From Haloferax volcanii DS2 (GTDB lineage Archaea; Halobacteriota; Halobacteria; Halobacteriales; Haloferacaceae), in NCBI RefSeq assembly GCF_000025685.1, contig NC_013966.1:360001-392000 (forward strand): a stretch of DNA of 32,000 nt, read 5' to 3'. Made by a program: the position numbers and the translations under genes. Positions 7,272-15,336 of the stretch are shown piece by piece (position 1 is the first letter of the stretch; every line of letters begins with the position of its first letter). The notes under the pieces were generated by a model that worked only from the letters and a program-made list of their open reading frames with translations, did no database searches and was not told the origin of the DNA.

Positions 7272-8417
7272 GTGAAGCCGCTCCCGATCGCGGCCGGCCA
7301 TCCAGAGAGCGACGAGCCGTTGTCTGTCGAACAGGCGGACCATTTTGAGACTGTCGCTCTCCCACGACTGTCGGAGCGAACACAGGCTCAGTATGGGCTT
7401 GCTGAGACTCCCATCGAACCGGAGACAGCCGAAGATGAGGGCTGGGGGAGTAGACCAAACGATAAACAGCCGGCACCAGCTGATTCGGCTAACTCGGTGG
7501 ACTCGCCGCAGTCGTCGTTCATCGGACAAGCAACCAGTGGTTCAGCAAGCGACGACGAGAAGCAAGAGAACGGCGCTGACACCACCACCTCCTTGTTTGG
7601 GAATACTGGGATGGCTGAGTCGGGCAAGCCAGCCGATGAAGAAGAGAAGGCTGCTGTCGACGAAAGTGGGTCGTCACCAGTCCAGTCTGGTGGTGTACCC
7701 GTCCCGGATGACGAGCTCCAGCGCCGTGGGCTTACTCATGATGATGTTCGGTTCTTGGCTCGCGTCTTGGACGTGATGAACAGAGATGCACCAAATCACA
7801 CGCTCCTGAATCATATGAGTGCGTTCAAGAGCGATTTTGGGAATCTGGACGTACAACGACTTGCCGAGCAAAACCTGCTGGAAGAAGGGCGAGCCTGTAG
7901 TCGGAAATACTATACTGTCCTCCCGGCAGGCCGTGAACTCCTCGGTCAGAAGCTTAAGGTCGGTCTTGGTCAGGGGGACATCGGTGAGAAGACACCGCAC
8001 AAGGTCGGTGTGAAGCTGCTCGAACGGTGGTTAGACTCCCGCGACGACGTCGCACAGGTCAAGCCGTACTACGAATACGATGAGGAGACGGTGTTCGACG
8101 TCGCCGGCTTCGACGCTGACGGGGAACTCGTGTGGGTCGGTGAAGCCGAACTCCAGAGTAACAACAAACACGCTCCGGTTGACGACTACGACAAGCAGAG
8201 TGCGGTGGATGCGAACGCTGTCTGGGCGTTCAACAGGCGCGAGACGGCCGTCGAGGTGTTGGACTGTCTCGCAGAAGCCGACCGGATAGAGCATAGCGTA
8301 GGCGGGCGCGCCGCGCGCCGGTTCTCGGATATTCGAGAAGCCGTTGAATCGCTAAACGCAGAAGGGATGACGACGATTCGGAGCTTCAACAAGCTTGACG
8401 AGGAGTTCAATTCATGA
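7272..8417 (+). CDS. hypothetical protein: disordered acidic N-half, then a winged-helix-like region and a PD-(D/E)xK-like C-terminal region; probably 5'-truncated by the IS4 element
   Basis: ORF track (GTG start). The same frame stays open upstream to 7140, inside the IS terminal repeat. The C-terminal half has RKYYTVLPAGRELLG and FDVAGFDADGELVWVGEAELQS. The stop overlaps the next start (ATGA at 8414-8417). Confidence 0.6.
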   Translation: MKPLPIAAGHPESDEPLSVEQADHFETVALPRLSERTQAQYGLAETPIEPETAEDEGWGSRPNDKQPAPADSANSVDSPQSSFIGQATSGSASDDEKQENGADTTTSLFGNTGMAESGKPADEEEKAAVDESGSSPVQSGGVPVPDDELQRRGLTHDDVRFLARVLDVMNRDAPNHTLLNHMSAFKSDFGNLDVQRLAEQNLLEEGRACSRKYYTVLPAGRELLGQKLKVGLGQGDIGEKTPHKVGVKLLERWLDSRDDVAQVKPYYEYDEETVFDVAGFDADGELVWVGEAELQSNNKHAPVDDYDKQSAVDANAVWAFNRRETAVEVLDCLAEADRIEHSVGGRAARRFSDIREAVESLNAEGMTTIRSFNKLDEEFNS

Positions 8418-9298
8418 GTTGGCGCCACGCAACCCGTGAGGAGATCTACAGGTACTACACGGAGGAGTTTCCCTCGTATGTCGACGAACTCCCGTCGTTT
8501 ATCACCGCGAAGGGGCCGAAACAGTACGCACTCGCGTTTCGAGAACCACATCCGGTACGGAAAGACGGAGTCCCAGACAAGGACTTCATCCGGCGAGATA
8601 CGTGGCAGACGAACGCCTCAGGTGACCGGACCTCAGCAGCGTTCCACGACTTCGACGACGTCCTCGAGTTCATCCGCCATCCAGCACGGAACGATCCACT
8701 TGGGCGGAGCGACTTCGCACTCGTCGATCCTGATCTACTCGACAAACCAGACCCGCGTCCTAATGCGGTCTACTACGCCCTCGACCACTGGGAACGACCG
8801 TGGGTACTCCTCATCGATATCGACGCGAAAACGATCGCTCGGGAGCGAGCAACACGGGTAGTGTCGGATGAGGATGGTTCGGGAGACAGCGAGGAATTAC
8901 TCGATGCCGCGGGTATTCTCGACGCAGACCCGGCAGGCTACCCGTATGCCTTCGATGATATCGATCAGGCCATCGAGTACGGTTTCGAGGTGCGAGACAT
9001 CTTCGAGGACGACTTCAACGCTGAGGAGACGATGGTAGTGTACAGCGGTCAGGGCGTTCACGTCTACCTCCTTGACAGCGATCCAGCCCATCGGTACGAC
9101 GCCAAGAGTCGAGAAGTGCTGAACGACCTTCTGCAAGACACCTACGAGATTCCTATCGACCCAGTGGTTACCGCCGACCGTCGCCGGGTCGCCCGGCTCC
9201 CCTACTCGTTGCACGCTGACGTCTGTAGTATCGTCACGCCCATCGAGAGCCCGAACTTCGACGTTCGGTCTGCGAGACCGGAGGTGCTCAGGGAATGA
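8414..9298 (+). CDS. archaeo-eukaryotic primase (AEP) catalytic subunit, PriS-like
   Basis: Three AEP motifs occur in order: WVLLIDIDAK (DxD, about 8801-8830), VVYSGQGVHVYLL and DPVVTADRRRVARLPYSLHAD. It is translationally coupled on both sides. Confidence 0.85.
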   Translation: MSWRHATREEIYRYYTEEFPSYVDELPSFITAKGPKQYALAFREPHPVRKDGVPDKDFIRRDTWQTNASGDRTSAAFHDFDDVLEFIRHPARNDPLGRSDFALVDPDLLDKPDPRPNAVYYALDHWERPWVLLIDIDAKTIARERATRVVSDEDGSGDSEELLDAAGILDADPAGYPYAFDDIDQAIEYGFEVRDIFEDDFNAEETMVVYSGQGVHVYLLDSDPAHRYDAKSREVLNDLLQDTYEIPIDPVVTADRRRVARLPYSLHADVCSIVTPIESPNFDVRSARPEVLRE

Positions 9299-10806
9299 CT
9301 CAGTCAACACCTGTTGAGGACGAGCGGGCCGCCTATCGCGTTGCGACGCTTCCGCCCGAATATGGGACGACGCGAATCAACCAACTGTTCACCCGGGGCT
9401 ACAATCGCTATATCGTCGACGGCGAAGAGCAACCAGGTGATCTACTGACCGACCTCGAACGGTTTGGGACGGCGGCATTCAAAGAAGATGTCAGAGCCAA
9501 CGCCGCAGAGAAACCCTTCGTCGATAAACCTGGAATACTCGCTGTCCTCGCGACGTTGAGTGCTATCTGCGTTAAGGCGCACCCGAAGTTCGAGCACGCC
9601 CCGCCACGGAAGATACAGGTCCTCTACGATATTCGCGAACTCTACGTCAACAATCTCGCCTCCCTCCTTCGAGAATTCGGTGATGGGAGTCTCCAACAGG
9701 ATATCGCAGAGGTGCTATACGCAAAAGACCCCGGAGAGGACGGACCACACCCCGGTCGCGTTTGTACGGGGATCAAAGAGATGCCCAAGTTCGGTGACAG
9801 GTTGTATCTCGAAATCCCGATGGCCGCAGCATCGAGGAAGTGCCTCGTTCATGCCGAAACTGAGACCGGAGAAGCCGGGGAGTTGCTCACTCGCGTCGAA
9901 AACAACTGCCTCTATGTGCCCGTCGGTGATTTCGACACGAAGTATCGCGAGTACGCCAGTCGTGCGTTCAAGAAGCTCCTACGGGTCCAGGAGAAGAACC
10001 TCTCTGAAGACCAGATGACGTGGCTAACGACGAATGAGTCGGCCATCACAGAGCGTATCGACCGCTTCATCGAGACGGGACACCACGAACGAATCTGGCG
10101 AGATTGGAACCCCGGTGAACGGACCATCCGTGTGCTCAGAGACGCGATTCGAGACGCTCCAGACGAGGTCGTCTCACTGGGGGAGTTCCACTCGGCGAAG
10201 GAGCTGTTTGAAGCAGTGGAGGCGTACGATCCGGAAGCGGGCTGGAAGCGAGACGTGTGTAATCGCATCTCGAGTCCTCGGAGTCTCGGGAACCTTCTCG
10301 CATCCCAGCGCGACCACCGGAGCCTGACCATTCGGGAGCACAGAAATACGAACCACTATCGGATTCAGGAGTCTTCGCGTGGCGTCCAGCCCCTCGACGT
10401 CGAGGCAATCGAAGACCTGTTCGAACTCCCCTGTATGGCCAATATGGCCGAGCGCCTCCACGAGAAGAAGCCAGTCCGAAAGGACCTGTACAACTTCGCC
10501 CGGATGGTGATGTGGCTGCCACAGTATCAGGACAGCGACCTTGAGACGATTGTTGCAGACCTCAAGGGCGTCTTCTCGCGTTGGCCTTGGTACGACGAGC
10601 AGGTCACCGACTACCAGATTCGCTACGAGTTCTCGAACACCATTGGAGGCGACACCCCGCTTCCGATGAACTGTGACAACGACGATATGCAGCGGTACTG
10701 CATCGGCCAGGAGCAGTGCCCCTACTCGATCTGGGGAAGTCTCCCCTTCCCAGACGAGATGTATGACCAACTAAGTGGAACGGAGGGTAACGGAAACGAG
10801 TTCTGA
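9295..10806 (+). CDS. PriL-like primase large-subunit homolog (putative 4Fe-4S C-terminal domain)
   Basis: The C-terminal third reads FELPCMANMAERLHEKKPVRKDLYNFARMV...TDYQIRYEFSNTIGGDTPLPMNCDNDDMQRYCIGQEQCPYS. This resembles the PriL Fe-S domain pattern (PPCM...L, Y-x-IRH-x-F/Y, a distal Cys, and C-P-F/Y). ATGA overlap with the PriS-like gene at 9295-9298. Confidence 0.7.
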   Translation: MTQSTPVEDERAAYRVATLPPEYGTTRINQLFTRGYNRYIVDGEEQPGDLLTDLERFGTAAFKEDVRANAAEKPFVDKPGILAVLATLSAICVKAHPKFEHAPPRKIQVLYDIRELYVNNLASLLREFGDGSLQQDIAEVLYAKDPGEDGPHPGRVCTGIKEMPKFGDRLYLEIPMAAASRKCLVHAETETGEAGELLTRVENNCLYVPVGDFDTKYREYASRAFKKLLRVQEKNLSEDQMTWLTTNESAITERIDRFIETGHHERIWRDWNPGERTIRVLRDAIRDAPDEVVSLGEFHSAKELFEAVEAYDPEAGWKRDVCNRISSPRSLGNLLASQRDHRSLTIREHRNTNHYRIQESSRGVQPLDVEAIEDLFELPCMANMAERLHEKKPVRKDLYNFARMVMWLPQYQDSDLETIVADLKGVFSRWPWYDEQVTDYQIRYEFSNTIGGDTPLPMNCDNDDMQRYCIGQEQCPYSIWGSLPFPDEMYDQLSGTEGNGNEF

Positions 10807-11352
10807 CGCAGATAGCCAACCATCAGTTAGATTACTATTCTCAGCGGACAACGATGTGACGGAGGTTGAAAACCCGTCATGCACTTTTCAGGCTTTCAGT
10901 CGACCAATTTGGACAAGAATGGGTACCGTGCTGGAAGGATAGTCTCGCAACTCATCAGTTGGGGTCGGTCAGTTCTGCTAGGGCTTGATTCTAACCTGAC
11001 CCCAATCCTCTCGAATACGGGGCTTTCAACACCTCGTCAAGCACAATCTCGCTGAATCACCATTTTTCGGAACCCGTCGAGGACATTAGTAACGCCTGAA
11101 AACTGCCCGACGGGCCTCTTGCTAAATCTAAGGCCGTTTCAACTCTCTCTGCACCTCCAAAATCATCCAAAGGAAGGCTAGGGTACACGGGTGCAAACGC
11201 CGCTGGCTCTCTCCGGCCGAAGGGCCATCAAACGACGACAGTCTCTAGCCGATATATCAGAATACACTCATTAGATGTGGGTGCGATCTGCGGCGGAGTT
11301 TGTCACCCCGAGAGGGGCGAGGGGGGCTGTCGTAGGCCCCCACTCAACAACC

Positions 11353-11619
11353 ATGTCTTCCGACTACGAGCAACAGCGATCACGACTTCATAGCGAGTAC
11401 ACTGAACAACCGAGCGACGAACCGTGGACAGATCTCGAACTGGCGCTCCCTCACAACAGAAGTCCGACTGGCATCGTCTCATTTGTTGAGTGCGTACTCG
11501 TCGAACTTACCTACGAAGACGTCGGAGCCGAGTTCGTCTCGACGAGCGTAGCGGGCGTGAAGCGGACACAGTTCATCGCCGTCGACGACGAGGCAGTATC
11601 TGAAACGGAAGCTCGCTGA
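11353..11619 (+). CDS. small acidic hypothetical protein
   Basis: Internal ATG at 11353 of ORF 11275..11619 gives MSSDYEQQRSRLHSEYTEQPSDEPW... with halophile-like acidic composition. No family recognised. Confidence 0.4.
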   Translation: MSSDYEQQRSRLHSEYTEQPSDEPWTDLELALPHNRSPTGIVSFVECVLVELTYEDVGAEFVSTSVAGVKRTQFIAVDDEAVSETEAR

Positions 11620-11819
11620 GTGGGTCGGAGACCGGCAGGAGTTGCTCATTCCGACTGGGAAATTGCCCTTCGAGAAGGCGAGCCTGAACCACTCCGAGAG
11701 GGGGTAACCAGGGCGATTTGGCCCTGTTGGAATCCTCAACAACCAACATACTAATGAGGGTCAGTAAGTAGAGACCAGCAACTGGACGTGGGTGTACCGT
11801 CTACAAGTTCGATGCCTGC

Positions 11820-12134
11820 TTACCAAGCGTCTCGCCAGTAACCGTATCCGATGACAGCGAGGATAGTGGCGACACCGAAACTGAGGAACGTACCGATGGA
11901 CCAAACCGACGCAATCACGAATCCCCAGAGGCCAGCAACGACAACGCCGTGTTCCAAGTCGTCGATACGGCCAGTCGCGTACGCTGAACCGAAGGCGACC
12001 GTCAGCAGTAGGCCGAATATCGGTTGCTGTGCGTACAGAAACGCCCCCGCGAGGATGGAGACCACGACAATCCCCGCAAGCCCGTCGTAGAGGTTTGGAA
12101 CATTGGCGGGCGTACGTGATTCTGACGTAACCAT
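11820..12134 (-). CDS. integral membrane protein (104 aa, 3-4 predicted TM segments)
   Basis: ORF track; hydrophobic runs GLAGIVVVSILAGAFLY, IFGLLLTVAFGSAY, VVVAGLWGFVIASVWSIGTFLSFGVATILAVIGYGYW. Confidence 0.6.
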   Translation of the reverse strand: MVTSESRTPANVPNLYDGLAGIVVVSILAGAFLYAQQPIFGLLLTVAFGSAYATGRIDDLEHGVVVAGLWGFVIASVWSIGTFLSFGVATILAVIGYGYWRDAW

Positions 12135-12420
12135 ATGAATGCGTACAGACCTCGGTCGGAAAAATGGTTGGGCTCCGTCACTTTCGCCCCCGGTATGCGA
12201 TTTCGTTATCCGAGGCCGTTCTGACGGTAAGTAGATGGTTACTTCGCAGACTCCCCCACCAGTTGTTTCGCCGAGAATAGTGTCTGGATAATATTATTAC
12301 AACAAGGCCGAAAATTTGAATTGTACCGTAGGCCGAACCCTCTGAAACAGCCACTGCAAGCACTTCGGGTGGAACGGTACGACCAAACGAACTAATTGAG
12401 TTGTTTGCCAATTCGGTATA

Positions 12421-13065
12421 ATGCCTGAGTCCCCGCGGCCTCCACAGGACGATCACGGGAGCTGGACACGTCGGCAGTTCCTAGCTGCAGGAGGAGTGGT
12501 TGCCACCGGCGCTCTTGCTGGGTGTAGTGGACTACCTGGAACCGGGCCACGAACGCTTGATACCGTCGTTCACGAAAACTCGGAAGACGAACTGTCGTGG
12601 GATTTCCCGGGCCAATCCGACGCTGAGAGCATCGGGTACGTCGAAATCCGTAGGAAACCACAATTCGACTCGGAGGGCTCGATTCCGTCACTGTGGTTCA
12701 CCTTCAACGCGAGTATCGATCCGTCATCGTCCTACAAGCTGGATCAGTTCACGGCGACGTTCGCCACTCCGAATACCTATTTCGACCAACACGGCCAACT
12801 CACCTACCTGGTCAGCCCACCAACGCGAAGTGACAGCTTCAACACCTACTATCAGCGGGCCTGGGGTGGGACGACCCACCGGCAGTTCGTAATGGATATG
12901 GATGACATCGGCCTCGATGGGACAATCCAGTTCCCGTTTGTCATTCGAGACCCGCAAGCACTCCCATCGACGTTGCAGTGTTCGTTCTCGGTTCAGGCAA
13001 CCGAATCAGGGACGTTTGGGGAGACCGTTACCGCATCTGGTTCAGGTACCTTCGAGTTTGGCTGA
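12421..13065 (+). CDS. Tat-exported lipoprotein, unknown function
   Basis: The N-terminus ...SWTRRQFLAAGGVVATGALAGCSG has a twin-arginine motif and a lipobox (LAGC). Confidence 0.7.
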   Translation: MPESPRPPQDDHGSWTRRQFLAAGGVVATGALAGCSGLPGTGPRTLDTVVHENSEDELSWDFPGQSDAESIGYVEIRRKPQFDSEGSIPSLWFTFNASIDPSSSYKLDQFTATFATPNTYFDQHGQLTYLVSPPTRSDSFNTYYQRAWGGTTHRQFVMDMDDIGLDGTIQFPFVIRDPQALPSTLQCSFSVQATESGTFGETVTASGSGTFEFG

Positions 13066-13106
13066 GATGAAGAAGGCAGTTCAGTTTGGTGTCTGAGACG
13101 GAGGTA

Positions 13107-13137
13107 CGGCAGAGTCAACCGTTCGGTGCCTCTGCCG
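13107..13137. terminator. hairpin between convergent genes (possible terminator)
   Basis: CGGCAGAG (13107-13114) pairs with CTCTGCCG (13130-13137) around a 15-nt loop, between the stops at 13065 (+) and 13202 (-). Confidence 0.25.
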
Positions 13138-13201
13138 GCGAATTTAGATCAGCAATCGAGATATTTGGTGATGGCACGACCTATCGGTCGCTGTCGGTGA
13201 C

Positions 13202-14380
13202 TCATTCACAGTTCGTTCGTAGCGTCACCGTATTCCCTGACGTGTAAAGTAGACCCCGGATGACAGGAACATATCCCGTCGAAGATGCCTCGGATACAGC
13301 CCACAGCTCGCTACCGTCCTCAATGCTCAGACCGACAGTCCGGTCAGTCGTCGGAACGACGACCGACTCCCCAACGACCAATGGAGGGCCTGCGACATCA
13401 AGGGCTTGTTCCCACTGGACGTCTCCACTCTCAACGGCCAGCGCATACACGGTTTCCTTGTCCGCGCTGAAAACGCGGCGGTGCCCGACCGCTGGCGCGA
13501 ACAGGTCACCATCGTACATCGCTTTTGACCACTGCCGGTCTCCACTGGTGGCATCGAACGCCACGAGTTCGTAACGGTCGTAGCTCGCCAGGACGATATC
13601 CTCCGTGCGGACGAGCGGTTCCGGGATATTTGGCCCAGGGATCCCCCACTGTGTTTCACCCGTCTCGCGATCCAGCGCGTAGATTCCCTGGGCGGCAGAG
13701 CCATCTGCTGTGATATACACGTGGTCGTCGTCGACGGCTGGCGGTGCAGGGATGCTTGCACGCTGGTGATCGTCACCGAACGACCGCGCCCACTGCGTAT
13801 CGCCGGTAAACGTATCAAGAGCGGTTACATCGCCCCGATCGCTCGTGGCGACGAGGAGGTCGTCAGCGACAGTCGGCGGATTGGGTCTGCCAGCCGTATC
13901 ATGTGTCCAAGTGGTCGTCCAGCTAGCGGTGTTGAGTGCGACGATCCCGCCAGTCGATGGTTCAGTATAGTCGCCAAGTACGGGCGTAACAGCAATCGAA
14001 CCTGCGAGGGCTGGCGGTCCAGTTGGACGCCGATTGAGTTCGTGGGTCGTCTCGGAGGACCCGTCGTCGAGTTGTACGGTTGTCACGATTCCACTCTGCT
14101 CGCGAGACGCGCGGCCGACGACGACAGCCGTATCATTTGTGGCAACGAGTCCGGTGATATCGATATCGTCCGCGAGGGAACTCGCCCAATAATCACCGCC
14201 AGCCGTGAGCGTCGGCTGATCGGGAACGGCGTTCGTATTGTGCGGAGAGGCACGTGTCTGTGGCCACTGTGCGACGCCAGGATCTGTCGGCGTACACGAG
14301 CTGGTCTGGCAGCCAGCAGTTGCCGCGAGAACTGTCGTGGCTGAGACTGCAAGGTATTCACGGCGCGATATGGAGGGCAT
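13202..14380 (-). CDS. PQQ-like beta-propeller repeat protein with Tat/lipoprotein signal
   Basis: ORF 13202..14428; the likely start is [24 protein letters not shown] at 14380. It has repeated G(D/E)xxW blades: GDTQWAR, GETQWGI, GDRQWSK, GDVQWEQ, GSELWAV. Confidence 0.8.
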   Translation of the reverse strand: MPSISRREYLAVSATTVLAATAGCQTSSCTPTDPGVAQWPQTRASPHNTNAVPDQPTLTAGGDYWASSLADDIDITGLVATNDTAVVVGRASREQSGIVTTVQLDDGSSETTHELNRRPTGPPALAGSIAVTPVLGDYTEPSTGGIVALNTASWTTTWTHDTAGRPNPPTVADDLLVATSDRGDVTALDTFTGDTQWARSFGDDHQRASIPAPPAVDDDHVYITADGSAAQGIYALDRETGETQWGIPGPNIPEPLVRTEDIVLASYDRYELVAFDATSGDRQWSKAMYDGDLFAPAVGHRRVFSADKETVYALAVESGDVQWEQALDVAGPPLVVGESVVVPTTDRTVGLSIEDGSELWAVSEASSTGYVPVIRGLLYTSGNTVTLRTNCE

Positions 14381-14509
14381 CTGACCGAAACGTCGGATAC
14401 AGAACCCATAGGGGTTTTGGATATCCATCAGTGGGCGGGGTTACTCGAAGCCAGCTGCTATTTTTCGCGGGGCTTGAAGAACTGAGCCCCTCTGTAGGCT
14501 CGTGATTTG

Positions 14510-14917
14510 ATGGCCAAGCTACCAGACGACGACCCGTTTCACGACTGCAAGTTGGATCCCGAGGCGATCCTCGGGACACACACCTACGAAAACGTCCTGT
14601 TCACCGACGAGACGGAAACCCCGGTGAACGTGCTCACCGGCGAGACACCGGCACATTCGCAAGCAACCGTCGAGGAAGCGAAAGAGTTCGCTGCGAGTAT
14701 CGACACGGAGACGCCCCAGATCGCGCTCCCCGCATCCGTCGAGTCGCAGATCGAAACACAGAGCAAGCCCTACACGGCGGCCGCATTCTTCCACTTCAAG
14801 GCGACTGGCTCGCTCGAACGCCACCGCGCCTACCACGCCGCCTACGAGGCGGATGCGTTCGCGGTCGACTTCGAGGCTGACTACGCATCGGGCGACCTGA
14901 CTATTATTGTCGACTGA
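14510..14917 (+). CDS. acidic hypothetical protein
   Basis: ORF track 14507..14917 (TTG), with ATG at 14510. Halophile-like acidic composition; no family recognised. Confidence 0.5.
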   Translation: MAKLPDDDPFHDCKLDPEAILGTHTYENVLFTDETETPVNVLTGETPAHSQATVEEAKEFAASIDTETPQIALPASVESQIETQSKPYTAAAFFHFKATGSLERHRAYHAAYEADAFAVDFEADYASGDLTIIVD

Positions 14918-15336
14918 GTGGAAGTGGCCTGAAAGCGAGAATACAACCCTGTACCTCAACACGCGATACCGCTCGAAACCAACATTCGTCCTGACGGCCG
15001 CCTCCACCAATCCGAGCGGATAGCAACATGTTGACCGCAACTCCCATTCTATTACCAAGACGTGATGCCGCACTTGGTTTGTGGCGTGTCTGGGTGGGGA
15101 TGTTACAAGCGGAGTTCGTCGTTGGTAACAAGTAGCGATTGCGTCAATGATTTCGAGAACTTCACCAGAAGAAATATTGTTAGCCAACTAACTAATTCCA
15201 ATTGGATGTTTGACAGAATCTCCCGCCGAAGGTTCGTCCGCGTGAGTGGCGCTACCATTGGACTTGCCTCCTGTGTTGGACTCACATCTGCTCGTGGGTC
15301 TACTGAGAAACGACAAAATCACATTGAGGCAAAAAT

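Noticed and set aside
12178-12691. Two minus-strand ORFs (92 and 99 aa) across the 12135-12420 intergenic region and the start of the lipoprotein gene
   Set aside because: They have basic, Arg-rich composition and overlap a well-supported Tat-lipoprotein start. No motifs were recognised.
14519-15187. 222-aa minus-strand ORF
   Set aside because: It is antisense to the acidic ORF 14510-14917 and is Arg/Val-rich, which is basic and unlike the acidic proteins elsewhere in the window. It then extends into intergenic sequence, and no motifs were recognised.
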